DNA of 64,000 nucleotides from Treponema sp. (GTDB taxonomy: Bacteria; Spirochaetota; Spirochaetia; Treponematales; Treponemataceae). Position numbers and translations under genes: made by a program. The DNA lies in NCBI GenBank assembly GCA_017392945.1, contig JAFOSK010000057.1:13918-77917 (forward strand). The letters are read 5' to 3'. Under the pieces are notes generated by a model. That model searched no databases. It was not told where the DNA came from and was given only the letters and a program-made list of their open reading frames with translations. The stretch's first letter is position 1, and each line of letters starts with the position of its first letter. Shown here in pieces: positions 29,575 to 38,967 of this stretch.

Positions 29575-30216
29575 ATGCCTTTTTTTTATAAGATTCAGGC
29601 GGAACAAGTTTTTATTGACAAAAAGGAAGCTGCCAGATATTCAGGCTGTTTTTCGACAGGAAATGTGGAAAGCAGAATGGAGTCCGACGGTTTGGTTTTT
29701 AAAATAATAGATGAGTCCTGTAAAAAAATGCAGAAAATTCTTGTTCCACAGGCAGTTTATGAAGAGTTTGATCTGTCCATTGCATATCCTGATGATGAAA
29801 AAATTCCTGAAATACGATTCGGGGGAATAAGTTTTAAAAGCTGTGACCTGGCAAAAAACTTGAAAGGTTGTAAAAAAATAATCTTGTTTGCAGCTACTGT
29901 AGGGGCTTCTGTGGATATGATGGTAAGGCGTGCTCAACAATGTGGTAGCGCAGATGCGGCAATCATGCAGGGAACCGGAGCAATGTTCATTGAATCCTTT
30001 GTTGATGAGCTTAATGAACATCTCTGCCACGATTATGAATCTAAAGGATGCAGGCTTCGTCCGCGTTTCAGTCCTGGCTATGGTGATGTTCCTCTGGAAA
30101 TTCAAAAATATTTTTTTTCACTTCTTCCATGCAGTAAAATCGGGCTTTCTCTTATGGACAGTCTTATAATGGCTCCAGAAAAATCTGTTACGGCATTTAT
30201 AGGCATTGAATTTTGA
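29575..30216 (+). CDS. Stand-alone B12-dependent methionine synthase reactivation-domain protein
   Basis: 'FAATVG', 'RFSPGYGD', 'MAPEKSVTAFIG'. Confidence 0.88.
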   Translation: MPFFYKIQAEQVFIDKKEAARYSGCFSTGNVESRMESDGLVFKIIDESCKKMQKILVPQAVYEEFDLSIAYPDDEKIPEIRFGGISFKSCDLAKNLKGCKKIILFAATVGASVDMMVRRAQQCGSADAAIMQGTGAMFIESFVDELNEHLCHDYESKGCRLRPRFSPGYGDVPLEIQKYFFSLLPCSKIGLSLMDSLIMAPEKSVTAFIGIEF

Positions 30217-30389
30217 TTTGAGCGAAGTAAGTTGATTGTGGTTAGGACTGCGGATTCTCGGGGTCAGACTGTCCAAAAGAAATGCGTTGACTCTGTTGAA
30301 ACCTTAGATAGCTTTTGAGGTTATATAGTCAGGTTCAATGTCCGTATGCAACGGACTCTTTTAGACAGTTCCGGGAAGGGGCAGAGCCA

Positions 30390-31373
30390 TTATTTTTGAT
30401 TCAGCGGAATTTTCTTTATTGTTATTTCTGCTGTTTCTTGTCTTCCTGCCAGATCACGGGCATAGACCGTGTATGTTCCTGTTTCCTTTATGTAAAAAAA
30501 ATAACTGCCTTCAAATGGTTTAATTTCTTCGCCCCTGCTCTTGAAATATGTTGATGCGCGGGATTCCTGTGCAAATTTTACTTTGTAAAGCGGGCTGACT
30601 GTGGTTATTACCGCTTCTATTTTTACGCTTCCGGCTTCAGCTTCGGAAGTTGAACTTGAAAGTTTTATTGTCATAGGGGCAAGTGCGATTATTTTGGGGG
30701 TTATCTTTTTTTGTACGGAGGGGCTTCTGTTTCCGCTAGTGTCTAAAGCCGTGAATAAGAATGTGTACTGCGTGTCGTTCTGTAAATTATTGAAGAAAGC
30801 GTATTGAGTTTCCGGGGCAATTATAATGGTCTTTGTTTTTAATGGTTCCAGGGTACGGGATTCTTCTGCGGAGACATTCGCTGCAGAGACGGTGATTTCT
30901 ATGCCGAAAAGGTCTGGGTCGGCGGGATCTTTCCATGTAAGAGAGACTGCGGAATCAAGGTTTTCGGCTTTTATATCGGTTATTTTTCCTGGTGGAATTG
31001 TATCAAGCGGAATTTGCTGAGGGAGTGTTTCTTCTTGGGTAAGATTGACTTTCTCTGGGGGTTCAGAGACGGTTTCAGTTTTTGGAAGAGGATTTTTATC
31101 GTCAGTGATATTTGAAACGGTTGCCTGCGTAAGATTTTGTTCATCAGAGGTAAGCTCCGGTTGAATTTCTGTGGAATCAGTTTTTTGTTCTTTTGCAGTC
31201 TCTGATTTTGAGGAGACCTTTAATTCATTCTGCTGTTTAATGATTTTCTGAAGCAGAGGTGTAACCGAATCAATTATGTCAATATCCGGTTCATCTGAAT
31301 GACACGAACTTGCCAGAAGTACGCATACAAAAAGAATTGTACTTGAAATTCCTGAAATAAGAATGTTTTTCAT
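30390..31373 (-). CDS. Lipoprotein with a fibronectin type III-like domain
   Basis: Lipobox 'LASSC'; 'DTIPPGKIT...VSLTWKDP.D.D...YTFLFTALDTSGNRS'. Start follows AGGAG. Confidence 0.75.
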   Translation of the reverse strand: MKNILISGISSTILFVCVLLASSCHSDEPDIDIIDSVTPLLQKIIKQQNELKVSSKSETAKEQKTDSTEIQPELTSDEQNLTQATVSNITDDKNPLPKTETVSEPPEKVNLTQEETLPQQIPLDTIPPGKITDIKAENLDSAVSLTWKDPADPDLFGIEITVSAANVSAEESRTLEPLKTKTIIIAPETQYAFFNNLQNDTQYTFLFTALDTSGNRSPSVQKKITPKIIALAPMTIKLSSSTSEAEAGSVKIEAVITTVSPLYKVKFAQESRASTYFKSRGEEIKPFEGSYFFYIKETGTYTVYARDLAGRQETAEITIKKIPLNQK

Positions 31374-31597
31374 ATTTCTCCTTATGAATTTTGTAGTTGT
31401 TGATGTGCAGGACATAATCAATTACAGCTTGCAAAAGTAATGTTTGGACAAAACTGTACTGAAAAAATCGTGGATGTAATTTTTTTTGGAATTCTTCCTG
31501 CTGTCTTATATAACGAAGAAAAATAGGTAAAAATGCATTTCTTGAAAATATTTTTTAAGAGGAGTGTTTTTCCTTAAGAATCGACGTTTCGTGTTTT

Positions 31598-32791
31598 TTA
31601 GTCTCCGGCCAGTGCCAGTACTGGATCAAGCTTTGCAGCTCTGGCGGCAGGGTTCATGCCGAAGAAAATTCCTACGAAAACAGAGAAAATAAAGGCTATT
31701 GCGCAGGACTGCCAGCTTATTGCATATGAAAGCGAACGAGCGTATTCTACTGCGATGCTTATCAAAATGCCTGAAAAACAGCCGACGGAGCCCCCGATCA
31801 GGGTTATGGCTGCAGATTCGACGAGGAACTGTCGTCTTATGTCTCCGGAGCTTGCACCAAGAGCTTTTCGGATTCCTATTTCCTGCTTGCGTTCGGTTAC
31901 GGTTACAATCATAATGTTCATTATTCCGATTCCGCCGACTATAAGTGAGATTGCGGCAATTGCACTCAGCATAACGCTCATAGTAGTGGTTATGGAATTC
32001 ATCTGTTCTATCATAGTCTGCATACTAAGGACATTTACGGAATATTCTGTTCCGGTAAGTTTGTTACAGTATTCTTCTACCGCAGTCGCAACGGAAGTGG
32101 CTTTTTCCGGGGATGTAGTCTGGATCATTATAGTGTCTGCGTTCGGATTGGGTTTTATTTTTTTTGTGTAGAATCCCAGCGGAATGAAAGCGGAATTTTT
32201 TGCATCTTCCATACCGGATGTCTGTTCATTTAAAACACCAATTACCTGAAAACTGAAAGAAACCTTGTTGTTCGTGACAAGAATATATTTTCCTTCTCCA
32301 TCGCCGGCCGGAAAAAGAGCGGTTGCAATATTGCTGCCAAGAATGATTTTTTGGCAGCCTTCTTCGTTATCTGTTACTGAAAAATAGCGTCCGTAATTAA
32401 GGCTCAGACCGTACATTTCCAGATAACCGGTTTCGATTGCGGAGCAGTTTACAGTGGAACTTGTGTCATTGTAAGAAAGCGTTGCGTTCAATGTATTTTT
32501 GTACCAGATTTTCTTAATGTTCCTAATTTGTCCGAAGAGTTCTTCCCGGAAAGATTCGTTGAACTGGATTGTTGCGGCGCTGCGCTTTCTGCGCATAAAA
32601 CCGCTGGATACACTTACAACGTCCAGTCCGCTGGAACCAAAAGTGTCTTTTATCTGCTGAGTTGAACTTTCGCCCATGCTGGTTATTACTATTACGGAAG
32701 CGACACCTATGATAACTCCGAGAAGAGAAAGAAACGTTCTGGTTTTATTGCGGCGGAAATTCTGTAATGCGTCTATAAAATCTTCGAACAT
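31598..32791 (-). CDS. MacB-family ABC permease
   Basis: 'RTFLSLLGVIIG', 'GGIGIMNIMIVTVTERKQEIGIRKALGA', 'PAARAAKLDP'. Confidence 0.93.
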   Translation of the reverse strand: MFEDFIDALQNFRRNKTRTFLSLLGVIIGVASVIVITSMGESSTQQIKDTFGSSGLDVVSVSSGFMRRKRSAATIQFNESFREELFGQIRNIKKIWYKNTLNATLSYNDTSSTVNCSAIETGYLEMYGLSLNYGRYFSVTDNEEGCQKIILGSNIATALFPAGDGEGKYILVTNNKVSFSFQVIGVLNEQTSGMEDAKNSAFIPLGFYTKKIKPNPNADTIMIQTTSPEKATSVATAVEEYCNKLTGTEYSVNVLSMQTMIEQMNSITTTMSVMLSAIAAISLIVGGIGIMNIMIVTVTERKQEIGIRKALGASSGDIRRQFLVESAAITLIGGSVGCFSGILISIAVEYARSLSYAISWQSCAIAFIFSVFVGIFFGMNPAARAAKLDPVLALAGD

Positions 32792-32853
32792 TATTCGGCC
32801 CCTGTTTTATTTGTATGTGAGATGGAGCTTTATAAGCCATCCCCTTTTAATAT

Positions 32854-33540
32854 TCATTTTATTTCATCAGATTGAATGCTTCCGTCAAGAATTCGTATGC
32901 AGCGGTCTGTGCTTGCGCCGATTTCTGGATCATGGGTGACTATTATTATGGTTGTACCCTTGCTGTTTATTTCGCGGAAAAGCTGCATAACTTGTTTTCC
33001 GGTCTTACTGTCTAGTGCGCCGGTTGGTTCATCTGCTAAAATTATGTACGGATGCGTTACCATTGCTCTTGCTATTGCGACACGCTGTTTTTGACCGCCG
33101 GAAAGTTCATAAGGTCTGTGGTTCAACCGGTCAGAAAGATTTACCTGTTCAAGAGCTTCTTTTGCTATGGCGGCACGTTCGGACCGGCGTATTCCCTGGT
33201 AGCGCAACGGAAGCATTACGTTTTCAAGTACAGAGAGACCGGGAAGCAGATGGTATTGCTGGAATACGAATCCTATGGTTTCGTTGCGCAGTTTGGTCAA
33301 TTCTTTTTCTGTCATTTCAGATGTGTTTTTTCCGCTTATTTCTACGATTCCTGAAGTAGGGCGATCAAGGCAGCCGATCATATTCATGCAAGTGGATTTT
33401 CCACTGCCGGACGGTCCCATTATGGAAAGGAATTCTCCTTTGCAGACTGTAAAATTTATTCCTCGAAGAGCATGTACGGTTTCCTCGCCCATTTTGTACA
33501 GTCTGGTTACGTCTTTCATCTTAATAACGGTTTCGTTCAT
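32854..33540 (-). CDS. MacB/LolD-family ABC ATP-binding protein
   Basis: 'GPSGSGKST', 'GFVFQ', 'LSGGQKQRVAIARA', 'ADEPTGALD'. Confidence 0.95.
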   Translation of the reverse strand: MNETVIKMKDVTRLYKMGEETVHALRGINFTVCKGEFLSIMGPSGSGKSTCMNMIGCLDRPTSGIVEISGKNTSEMTEKELTKLRNETIGFVFQQYHLLPGLSVLENVMLPLRYQGIRRSERAAIAKEALEQVNLSDRLNHRPYELSGGQKQRVAIARAMVTHPYIILADEPTGALDSKTGKQVMQLFREINSKGTTIIIVTHDPEIGASTDRCIRILDGSIQSDEIK

Positions 33541-33720
33541 ATAAATGATCCTTTCTGCTGTTGCAAAATCCCGAATCTGTTTCTAAATCTTATATTCAGT
33601 ATTAGGCTGCTGATAAGTTAATATGCGATGGCTGAGCTTATCAGCAGGCTCAATGACCATTTGTTGCAAGCTTATTAGTAAGTCCCCTAAACGGCAAAAC
33701 TTGCTAAGATCGATGCTTTA

Positions 33721-34746
33721 CTAGAATTTTCCAGGAGGAGGAGCATTCATGGGAATAGGTGAATTTTTACCTGGTCCGCCTCGCATTCTGTTAAGTCCTG
33801 ATTCTTCAGCTTTACTCTGTGCTTTCAGCATTTCCCCTCCGCTCAGTCCCTCTAGAATCTTTACATTGGTTCTTCCATATGGCTGAACTTTCACGGCAAT
33901 TCTTTTGCCAGAAGCTGTTTCTACGTATGCCTCTCGGTTTTCATAGGCAACAGCATATTTTTCTACAACAAGATTTTCTACAGGATCCGTAATCTGAATT
34001 TTTCCGGTGAAAGAATAATTCGGAAGAATTGCCTCCGGAAACTCATCTATGCGGATTTTTGCCTTTACTATTGTAGCTCCTCTGGAGGTGACTTCTCCTA
34101 TTGCTGGCCAGCTTACCACATATCCTTGTATGTCGCCGGTGTAGGCTGGAAATGAAAAATTAACTTTTTGGCCAACCTGAAGTTTTGAAACCTCCGTTTC
34201 CGGAATTTCTACTTCTGCGGTAAGGTAGTCAATATTTACAAGAGTTCCTACGGAATCTTTTGCTTCCAGGGAATCTCCGACAGAGACATCCAAAGCTGCG
34301 ATTATTCCGTCGAATGTAGCGGTTACTTTCCGGTCTTCTATTTTTCTGAGAAGAGAAAGCCGTTGCTTTTCCTGAAGCTGTAATTCTTTTTTTGAGCCTG
34401 TTATTCTAAGAGAAGCCATTTCGTAATCAAGTTTTGCAAGGTTGTATTCCTGCTCAGTTGAGTCCAATTGTATTATAATGTCTCCCTTTTTTACTTTGTC
34501 ACCTTTTTTTACATAAACGCCAAGAACTGTTCCGTCGCCTAGAGCTTGAAGAGTCTGTTCCTGTGCGGCAGAAACAGTTCCTGCAATTTCAATGCAATTT
34601 TCGTAGGTCTCTTTTTTTACCTGATACAATGTGTTTTCAAGTTTATTTTTTGTAAGTGCCCTGCGGGTTATATGAAGTCCGGTGATTATAACAATAGTTA
34701 CACAAAACAGGATCAATGTGATTTTGATTTTTGTTCGTTTGTTCAT
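33721..34746 (-). CDS. Efflux periplasmic adaptor (MacA/HlyD family)
   Basis: N-terminal TM helix, lipoyl half-motifs 'VKKGDKVKKGD' and 'TATFDGII', 'EILEGL'-like C-terminus. Confidence 0.88.
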   Translation of the reverse strand: MNKRTKIKITLILFCVTIVIITGLHITRRALTKNKLENTLYQVKKETYENCIEIAGTVSAAQEQTLQALGDGTVLGVYVKKGDKVKKGDIIIQLDSTEQEYNLAKLDYEMASLRITGSKKELQLQEKQRLSLLRKIEDRKVTATFDGIIAALDVSVGDSLEAKDSVGTLVNIDYLTAEVEIPETEVSKLQVGQKVNFSFPAYTGDIQGYVVSWPAIGEVTSRGATIVKAKIRIDEFPEAILPNYSFTGKIQITDPVENLVVEKYAVAYENREAYVETASGKRIAVKVQPYGRTNVKILEGLSGGEMLKAQSKAEESGLNRMRGGPGKNSPIPMNAPPPGKF

Positions 34747-34758
34747 ATTCTAAAATCC

Positions 34759-36222
34759 CTAATTTGAAAATTCGTAGTCCCTGCAGAACAGAAGTTTTAT
34801 TGTTGCATTGTAGATTATCATGTCAATTTGATTAAGCAAGAGCTTGATTTTATAAAGCTCTTTGTTTGCATGTGCCGTAAGGTATTCGCTTTCCTTTACT
34901 ATTCCTTCATCAAACCATTTTTTTTCGTCGCTTTCAAGTTTGTTCCAAAGTTTGAATGTTTCCTGATATGTTTTCTGCGTCCATAGAATAGATTCCAGTT
35001 CTGTCTGTTTATCTACAAGATCGGTGCTGTAGGAATCTTCTGCAGATTGAATGTCTATCAGTTCCTGTTCTTCTGTAAGGCTGTTTGATGCAAGTGTGAT
35101 TTTGCGCGTTCTGAAAGTATTTGGCTTTATGCTGGCAGAAAGCGTATATACAGGGTTGCTGTCTGATGAAATAGGAAAGTTTATACCAGCGCCTATTGTA
35201 AGTCCTCTCCAGGTTGCAGAAAGACCCGCATCCACCGTATCAGACTTATCGGAATTTGAAATTGTAGTAGTTCCTTTGTCCGTTACTGTAGTCTCTCCGG
35301 AAGAAAAGCTAGTATTGGAGTTTTTAAGAGTGTAGCCGGTTGATGCGGTAAGGGAAAAGTCTTTGTCGGCCTTGCGTTGCATTTCTGCAAGCTCATGCGT
35401 ATATTTTGAACTTTCTATTTTTTTGTAATCTTCCTTATTAAATGAAGAAAAATCTAATGGCTCAACCTTCTCTATGTCTTCTGGCAGAAAATCCTGTGGA
35501 TTCGTTCCCGGAGTATAAGGAATTCCGCATTTTGAAGCAAAAACGGCGCACTCATGCTCAAGATTATGAATCAGAGTGTTAACTTCGTGTTCATCGGAAA
35601 CAACTTTCATTTCTGCCTGCCTGTATTTTGAAGAACCCGTTGAATATCCCTTTGCTTTTATTTCATCAAAACTGATTTTGTCATCATAAAGGTCTTTTTG
35701 TTTTGAAACGATGTTACTTGCCGCTTCAAAAAGAGATTTGAGCTGGTTGTAATATTCTTTTTCTGCTTCTACAGCTCTGTTCTGAAAGTTGCGCTTTGCT
35801 TCAAGCTCTGTGCGGGCGGCTTTTTTTAAGTTGATTTTGCGGTTCAGAGCTGTTGAAGAAATTATGTCAGCTCCCAATTGAATTTTTGTGTCAGAAGAAT
35901 TGTTTTCGCTGTCAGTTATTTTTAGTGTTGAGCCAAGAGAAAGAGAAAGGTTTGAAGCTTGAGGAACTTTCATGGAAATCGAAGGCGAAACGGATGCGCT
36001 GAAATCGTTATCCTGAATCTGGAATCTTGCTGTTCCGGTTGCAAGTTCTATGGAAATACCGTTATCTATTTTTGTCTTCTTTGATGAAAGCTGTGTTTTC
36101 TGGTATTCAAGAGCAAGTCGTCTAAGTTCAAGGTCATTAAGAAGATATGATTCCAGCGTTGGTTCTGAATATAGCACTCTGCAAAGGAATAATATGCATA
36201 AAAGAATACCATTTTTTTTCAT
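34759..36222 (-). CDS. TolC-like outer-membrane efflux protein
   Basis: Signal peptide; two repeats of beta-strands plus long helices; first gene of the adaptor-ATPase-permease operon. Confidence 0.7.
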   Translation of the reverse strand: MKKNGILLCILFLCRVLYSEPTLESYLLNDLELRRLALEYQKTQLSSKKTKIDNGISIELATGTARFQIQDNDFSASVSPSISMKVPQASNLSLSLGSTLKITDSENNSSDTKIQLGADIISSTALNRKINLKKAARTELEAKRNFQNRAVEAEKEYYNQLKSLFEAASNIVSKQKDLYDDKISFDEIKAKGYSTGSSKYRQAEMKVVSDEHEVNTLIHNLEHECAVFASKCGIPYTPGTNPQDFLPEDIEKVEPLDFSSFNKEDYKKIESSKYTHELAEMQRKADKDFSLTASTGYTLKNSNTSFSSGETTVTDKGTTTISNSDKSDTVDAGLSATWRGLTIGAGINFPISSDSNPVYTLSASIKPNTFRTRKITLASNSLTEEQELIDIQSAEDSYSTDLVDKQTELESILWTQKTYQETFKLWNKLESDEKKWFDEGIVKESEYLTAHANKELYKIKLLLNQIDMIIYNATIKLLFCRDYEFSN

Positions 36223-36275
36223 ACATTAATAAAAGCATAAAATAGCTGTTGAGTAACAGTGTTTTTGCATAGATT

Positions 36276-37481
36276 TTAAAATTTCTTAAACATTGAAGAA
36301 ATTATGCTGGTAAGCTTTACAAAAATATCTGCACCGCCGGCAAACGTTCCTATAGAACTTCCTATTGATGACAGGAAAAATACCAGCAGGATTTTAAGAA
36401 GCTTGTTTTTGTAGAACCCTTTTATGCTGCCCGCATCATCTGTAAGGCTTTCAAGATCTTTTATCTGCGGTTTACAGAGGAATGTCTGCACTGCGCCAGC
36501 AACAAAGCCGACTCCTATGAATGGACAAAGAGAAGTGATTGGTGCCCCAAGTGCTGATACTAAAATTGTGAGCGGATGAGCTGCTGCAACGGCTGCTCCG
36601 AGACCGGCGAATATGCTGTTGTAAAGAATCCAGCTTAGTACCATTTTTGTTCCGATTTCTTTTCCTCCTCTTATAAAAGAAAAAGCTATAAGGGCAATTA
36701 TAAGTGCTGGAATAAGCCATGTGATTATTTTTGAAGAAAGTTTTTTCTCTGGTACGCGGTTTATTTCTTCTGTATTTGTTGAAAGTTGTCCGGCAGCAAT
36801 TTTTTTAAGAGACGACTCAACGCCTGCTAAGTGCCCTGCACCCAAAACGGCAATCATATTGTTTCCACAGGCTTCCCAAATACGGCTTGCAATAAAATGA
36901 TCGCGCTCATCTATCAGAACCTGCTTGATTGTCGGCATGGACTGAGCAAGCTCCTGCATGAGAGAATCCATTTCTGAGGATTTCTTGAGATTTTCTATTT
37001 CTTCAGAAGAGATTTCTTCTGAGCTGAAGCTGCTTGCGACAAGTGCGGCCAGCATCTGGCTTTTTCCTGATGCGGAACTTTTCGCCCATGCGCGTCGCAA
37101 CGTAATCTGAACAGGCCTGTCTGCCAGAACGGTAGGAATTCCGCTTTCTTCTGCGGTATTTAGTGCGGCAAGCATTTCTGCTCCTGGAACAACGCCTGAT
37201 TTCTGTCCTGTTCGCTTCTGGAATGCAGCCATTACAAGATTTGCAAGCAGAAGAAACCCTTCTTTCTTTCTTAGTACTTTTATGATGTCAAGTTCACGGT
37301 ATTTTTCTGGGTTTTTTAGTGAATCGCAGCGTTTTTCGTCAAGTTCAACGGCAACGCAGTCTGGTTTTTGCGCAAGAATTGCATCTTTTACTTCCTGTAC
37401 GCTTTCTGAAGAAACATGAGCAGTTCCGATCAGAGTGATCTTTCTTCCGTTAAGTTCCAATAATTTCTGAGTCTGTGACAT
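36276..37481 (-). CDS. TraB/PrgY (GumN) family protein
   Basis: 'LIGTAHVS', 'VAVELD..R', 'PGAEM', 'ADRPVQITLRR', 'LIDERD', 'VLGAGH', C-terminal TM helices. Confidence 0.92.
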   Translation of the reverse strand: MSQTQKLLELNGRKITLIGTAHVSSESVQEVKDAILAQKPDCVAVELDEKRCDSLKNPEKYRELDIIKVLRKKEGFLLLANLVMAAFQKRTGQKSGVVPGAEMLAALNTAEESGIPTVLADRPVQITLRRAWAKSSASGKSQMLAALVASSFSSEEISSEEIENLKKSSEMDSLMQELAQSMPTIKQVLIDERDHFIASRIWEACGNNMIAVLGAGHLAGVESSLKKIAAGQLSTNTEEINRVPEKKLSSKIITWLIPALIIALIAFSFIRGGKEIGTKMVLSWILYNSIFAGLGAAVAAAHPLTILVSALGAPITSLCPFIGVGFVAGAVQTFLCKPQIKDLESLTDDAGSIKGFYKNKLLKILLVFFLSSIGSSIGTFAGGADIFVKLTSIISSMFKKF

Positions 37482-37540
37482 ATTATTCCTGATTTGTTTT
37501 TTATTTTAAATGTCTGTTCGCTGGTTCAAAATCAATGACA

Positions 37541-38905
37541 TTATCTGTCTATAAGGCCCCATTCTGCAAGCCTATATTCAAAGAACATAGGACTCTGCAT
37601 TGCAGTGATTTTATTGTAGTAATCGGCCGAAACTTCTGGATGTTTTCTGATTTCGTAGTAAAGGCCAAAATAGTACATCATCTTTCCGCGCTTATTTTTG
37701 TCCGTAAGCTTTGTAAGCTCTTTTGCAATTGTGTTTTCCAAAGCTACAGGTCCCTGATCTTTATAAAGGCGGAGCAGACAGTAATCGATTGACTTAGAAA
37801 AATTCATGTCCTTTTTATTTCCATCTTTGATGAATTGTTCAGCCCATTTTTTTGCTTCGAAAGTATTATTTTCCAGAAGATAAGTTGCAACGACCATCAG
37901 TTGATATGCAGTTGAAGCACTGATTGCGTTTGCCTTTAAAAAATATTCCCTTGCATTTGCCCAATTCTGAAGGTGGAATTCTAGGATTCCGATTTCTTCA
38001 AAGGCAAAATAGTATTTTGGGTTTGTTTCTATGATTTTGTGGTAATCGTGCAACGCTTCTTCTATACGGTTTTGCTCATCATAAAGACCGGCTCTGTATG
38101 TATAGCCCAAAAAATAAGACGGATCAAGTTCGATTGCCTTTGACCACGCTTTTTCGGCTTCGTCGTATTTTCCGATCTGTCTCTGATACTGACCAAGATC
38201 CAGCCAGTAGTCACTGTTTGTCGGGTTCAATTCGATCGCTTTCTTTACATTTTTGATTGCATCAAGGTAAAGTTCGTCTTCTGCAGCAAGTTTTCCGATG
38301 TAAAGGTAAGCCTGGCTTTCATCCGGGCGGTACTTCAAAAGAGAATAAAAATTAGATTTTGATTCCTGAAGGTTTCCGAGGTAATAGTTCATCTGACCGC
38401 AACCAAAAAGAGCTTCTTCATTTGAAGGCTCGCGGACAAGCGATTTTTTGTAATAGCCAAGGGCAAGCTTGTATTTTTTTCTTAATGCCTGCTGGTTTCC
38501 AAGGATGTTGTTTGCAACCGGATTGTATGGATCCAGTGCGATAAGTTCGTTTACCGCTGCCTGAATTGCAGATTTATTGTTGCCGGCTGTTGCTATTTCT
38601 GCATTAAGTTCAAGCACTTCTTTTGTCTTGTTGCCTGAATCAATAAGTTTTTTTGTTATTATGCTTGCTTCGTTTAGTCTGTTTGCAGAAATAAGAAGCG
38701 ATGCATGAAGCAGTTTAAGGTCAATATCTTTGTCTAGTTCCGGCGGAATTGTGTCGTATAGTTTGATTGCTCCGTTTATATCATTTTTTTCAAGATGAGA
38801 CTGAAGTTTTTCTGCAAAACTTATTGTCTGTGCACTGATAGTAAAAGCTCCGCTGTTTATTACAATGGAAAAAAAGAAAGAAATAATTAAAACTTTTAAT
38901 TTCAT
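37541..38905 (-). CDS. Exported tetratricopeptide-repeat protein
   Basis: Signal peptide; several TPRs ('KAIELNP...YWLDLG', 'KAIELDP'). Confidence 0.88.
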   Translation of the reverse strand: MKLKVLIISFFFSIVINSGAFTISAQTISFAEKLQSHLEKNDINGAIKLYDTIPPELDKDIDLKLLHASLLISANRLNEASIITKKLIDSGNKTKEVLELNAEIATAGNNKSAIQAAVNELIALDPYNPVANNILGNQQALRKKYKLALGYYKKSLVREPSNEEALFGCGQMNYYLGNLQESKSNFYSLLKYRPDESQAYLYIGKLAAEDELYLDAIKNVKKAIELNPTNSDYWLDLGQYQRQIGKYDEAEKAWSKAIELDPSYFLGYTYRAGLYDEQNRIEEALHDYHKIIETNPKYYFAFEEIGILEFHLQNWANAREYFLKANAISASTAYQLMVVATYLLENNTFEAKKWAEQFIKDGNKKDMNFSKSIDYCLLRLYKDQGPVALENTIAKELTKLTDKNKRGKMMYYFGLYYEIRKHPEVSADYYNKITAMQSPMFFEYRLAEWGLIDR

Positions 38906-38967
38906 GGGTACTCCGGATTTCAATGCGGTTGAAATTCAAACCATCATTAATTAAACTATAATTTATA

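Noticed and set aside
36276-37481. TraB as evidence of a conjugative element
   Set aside because: The TraB/PrgY-GumN family is commonly chromosomal; no T4SS, relaxase or integrase nearby.
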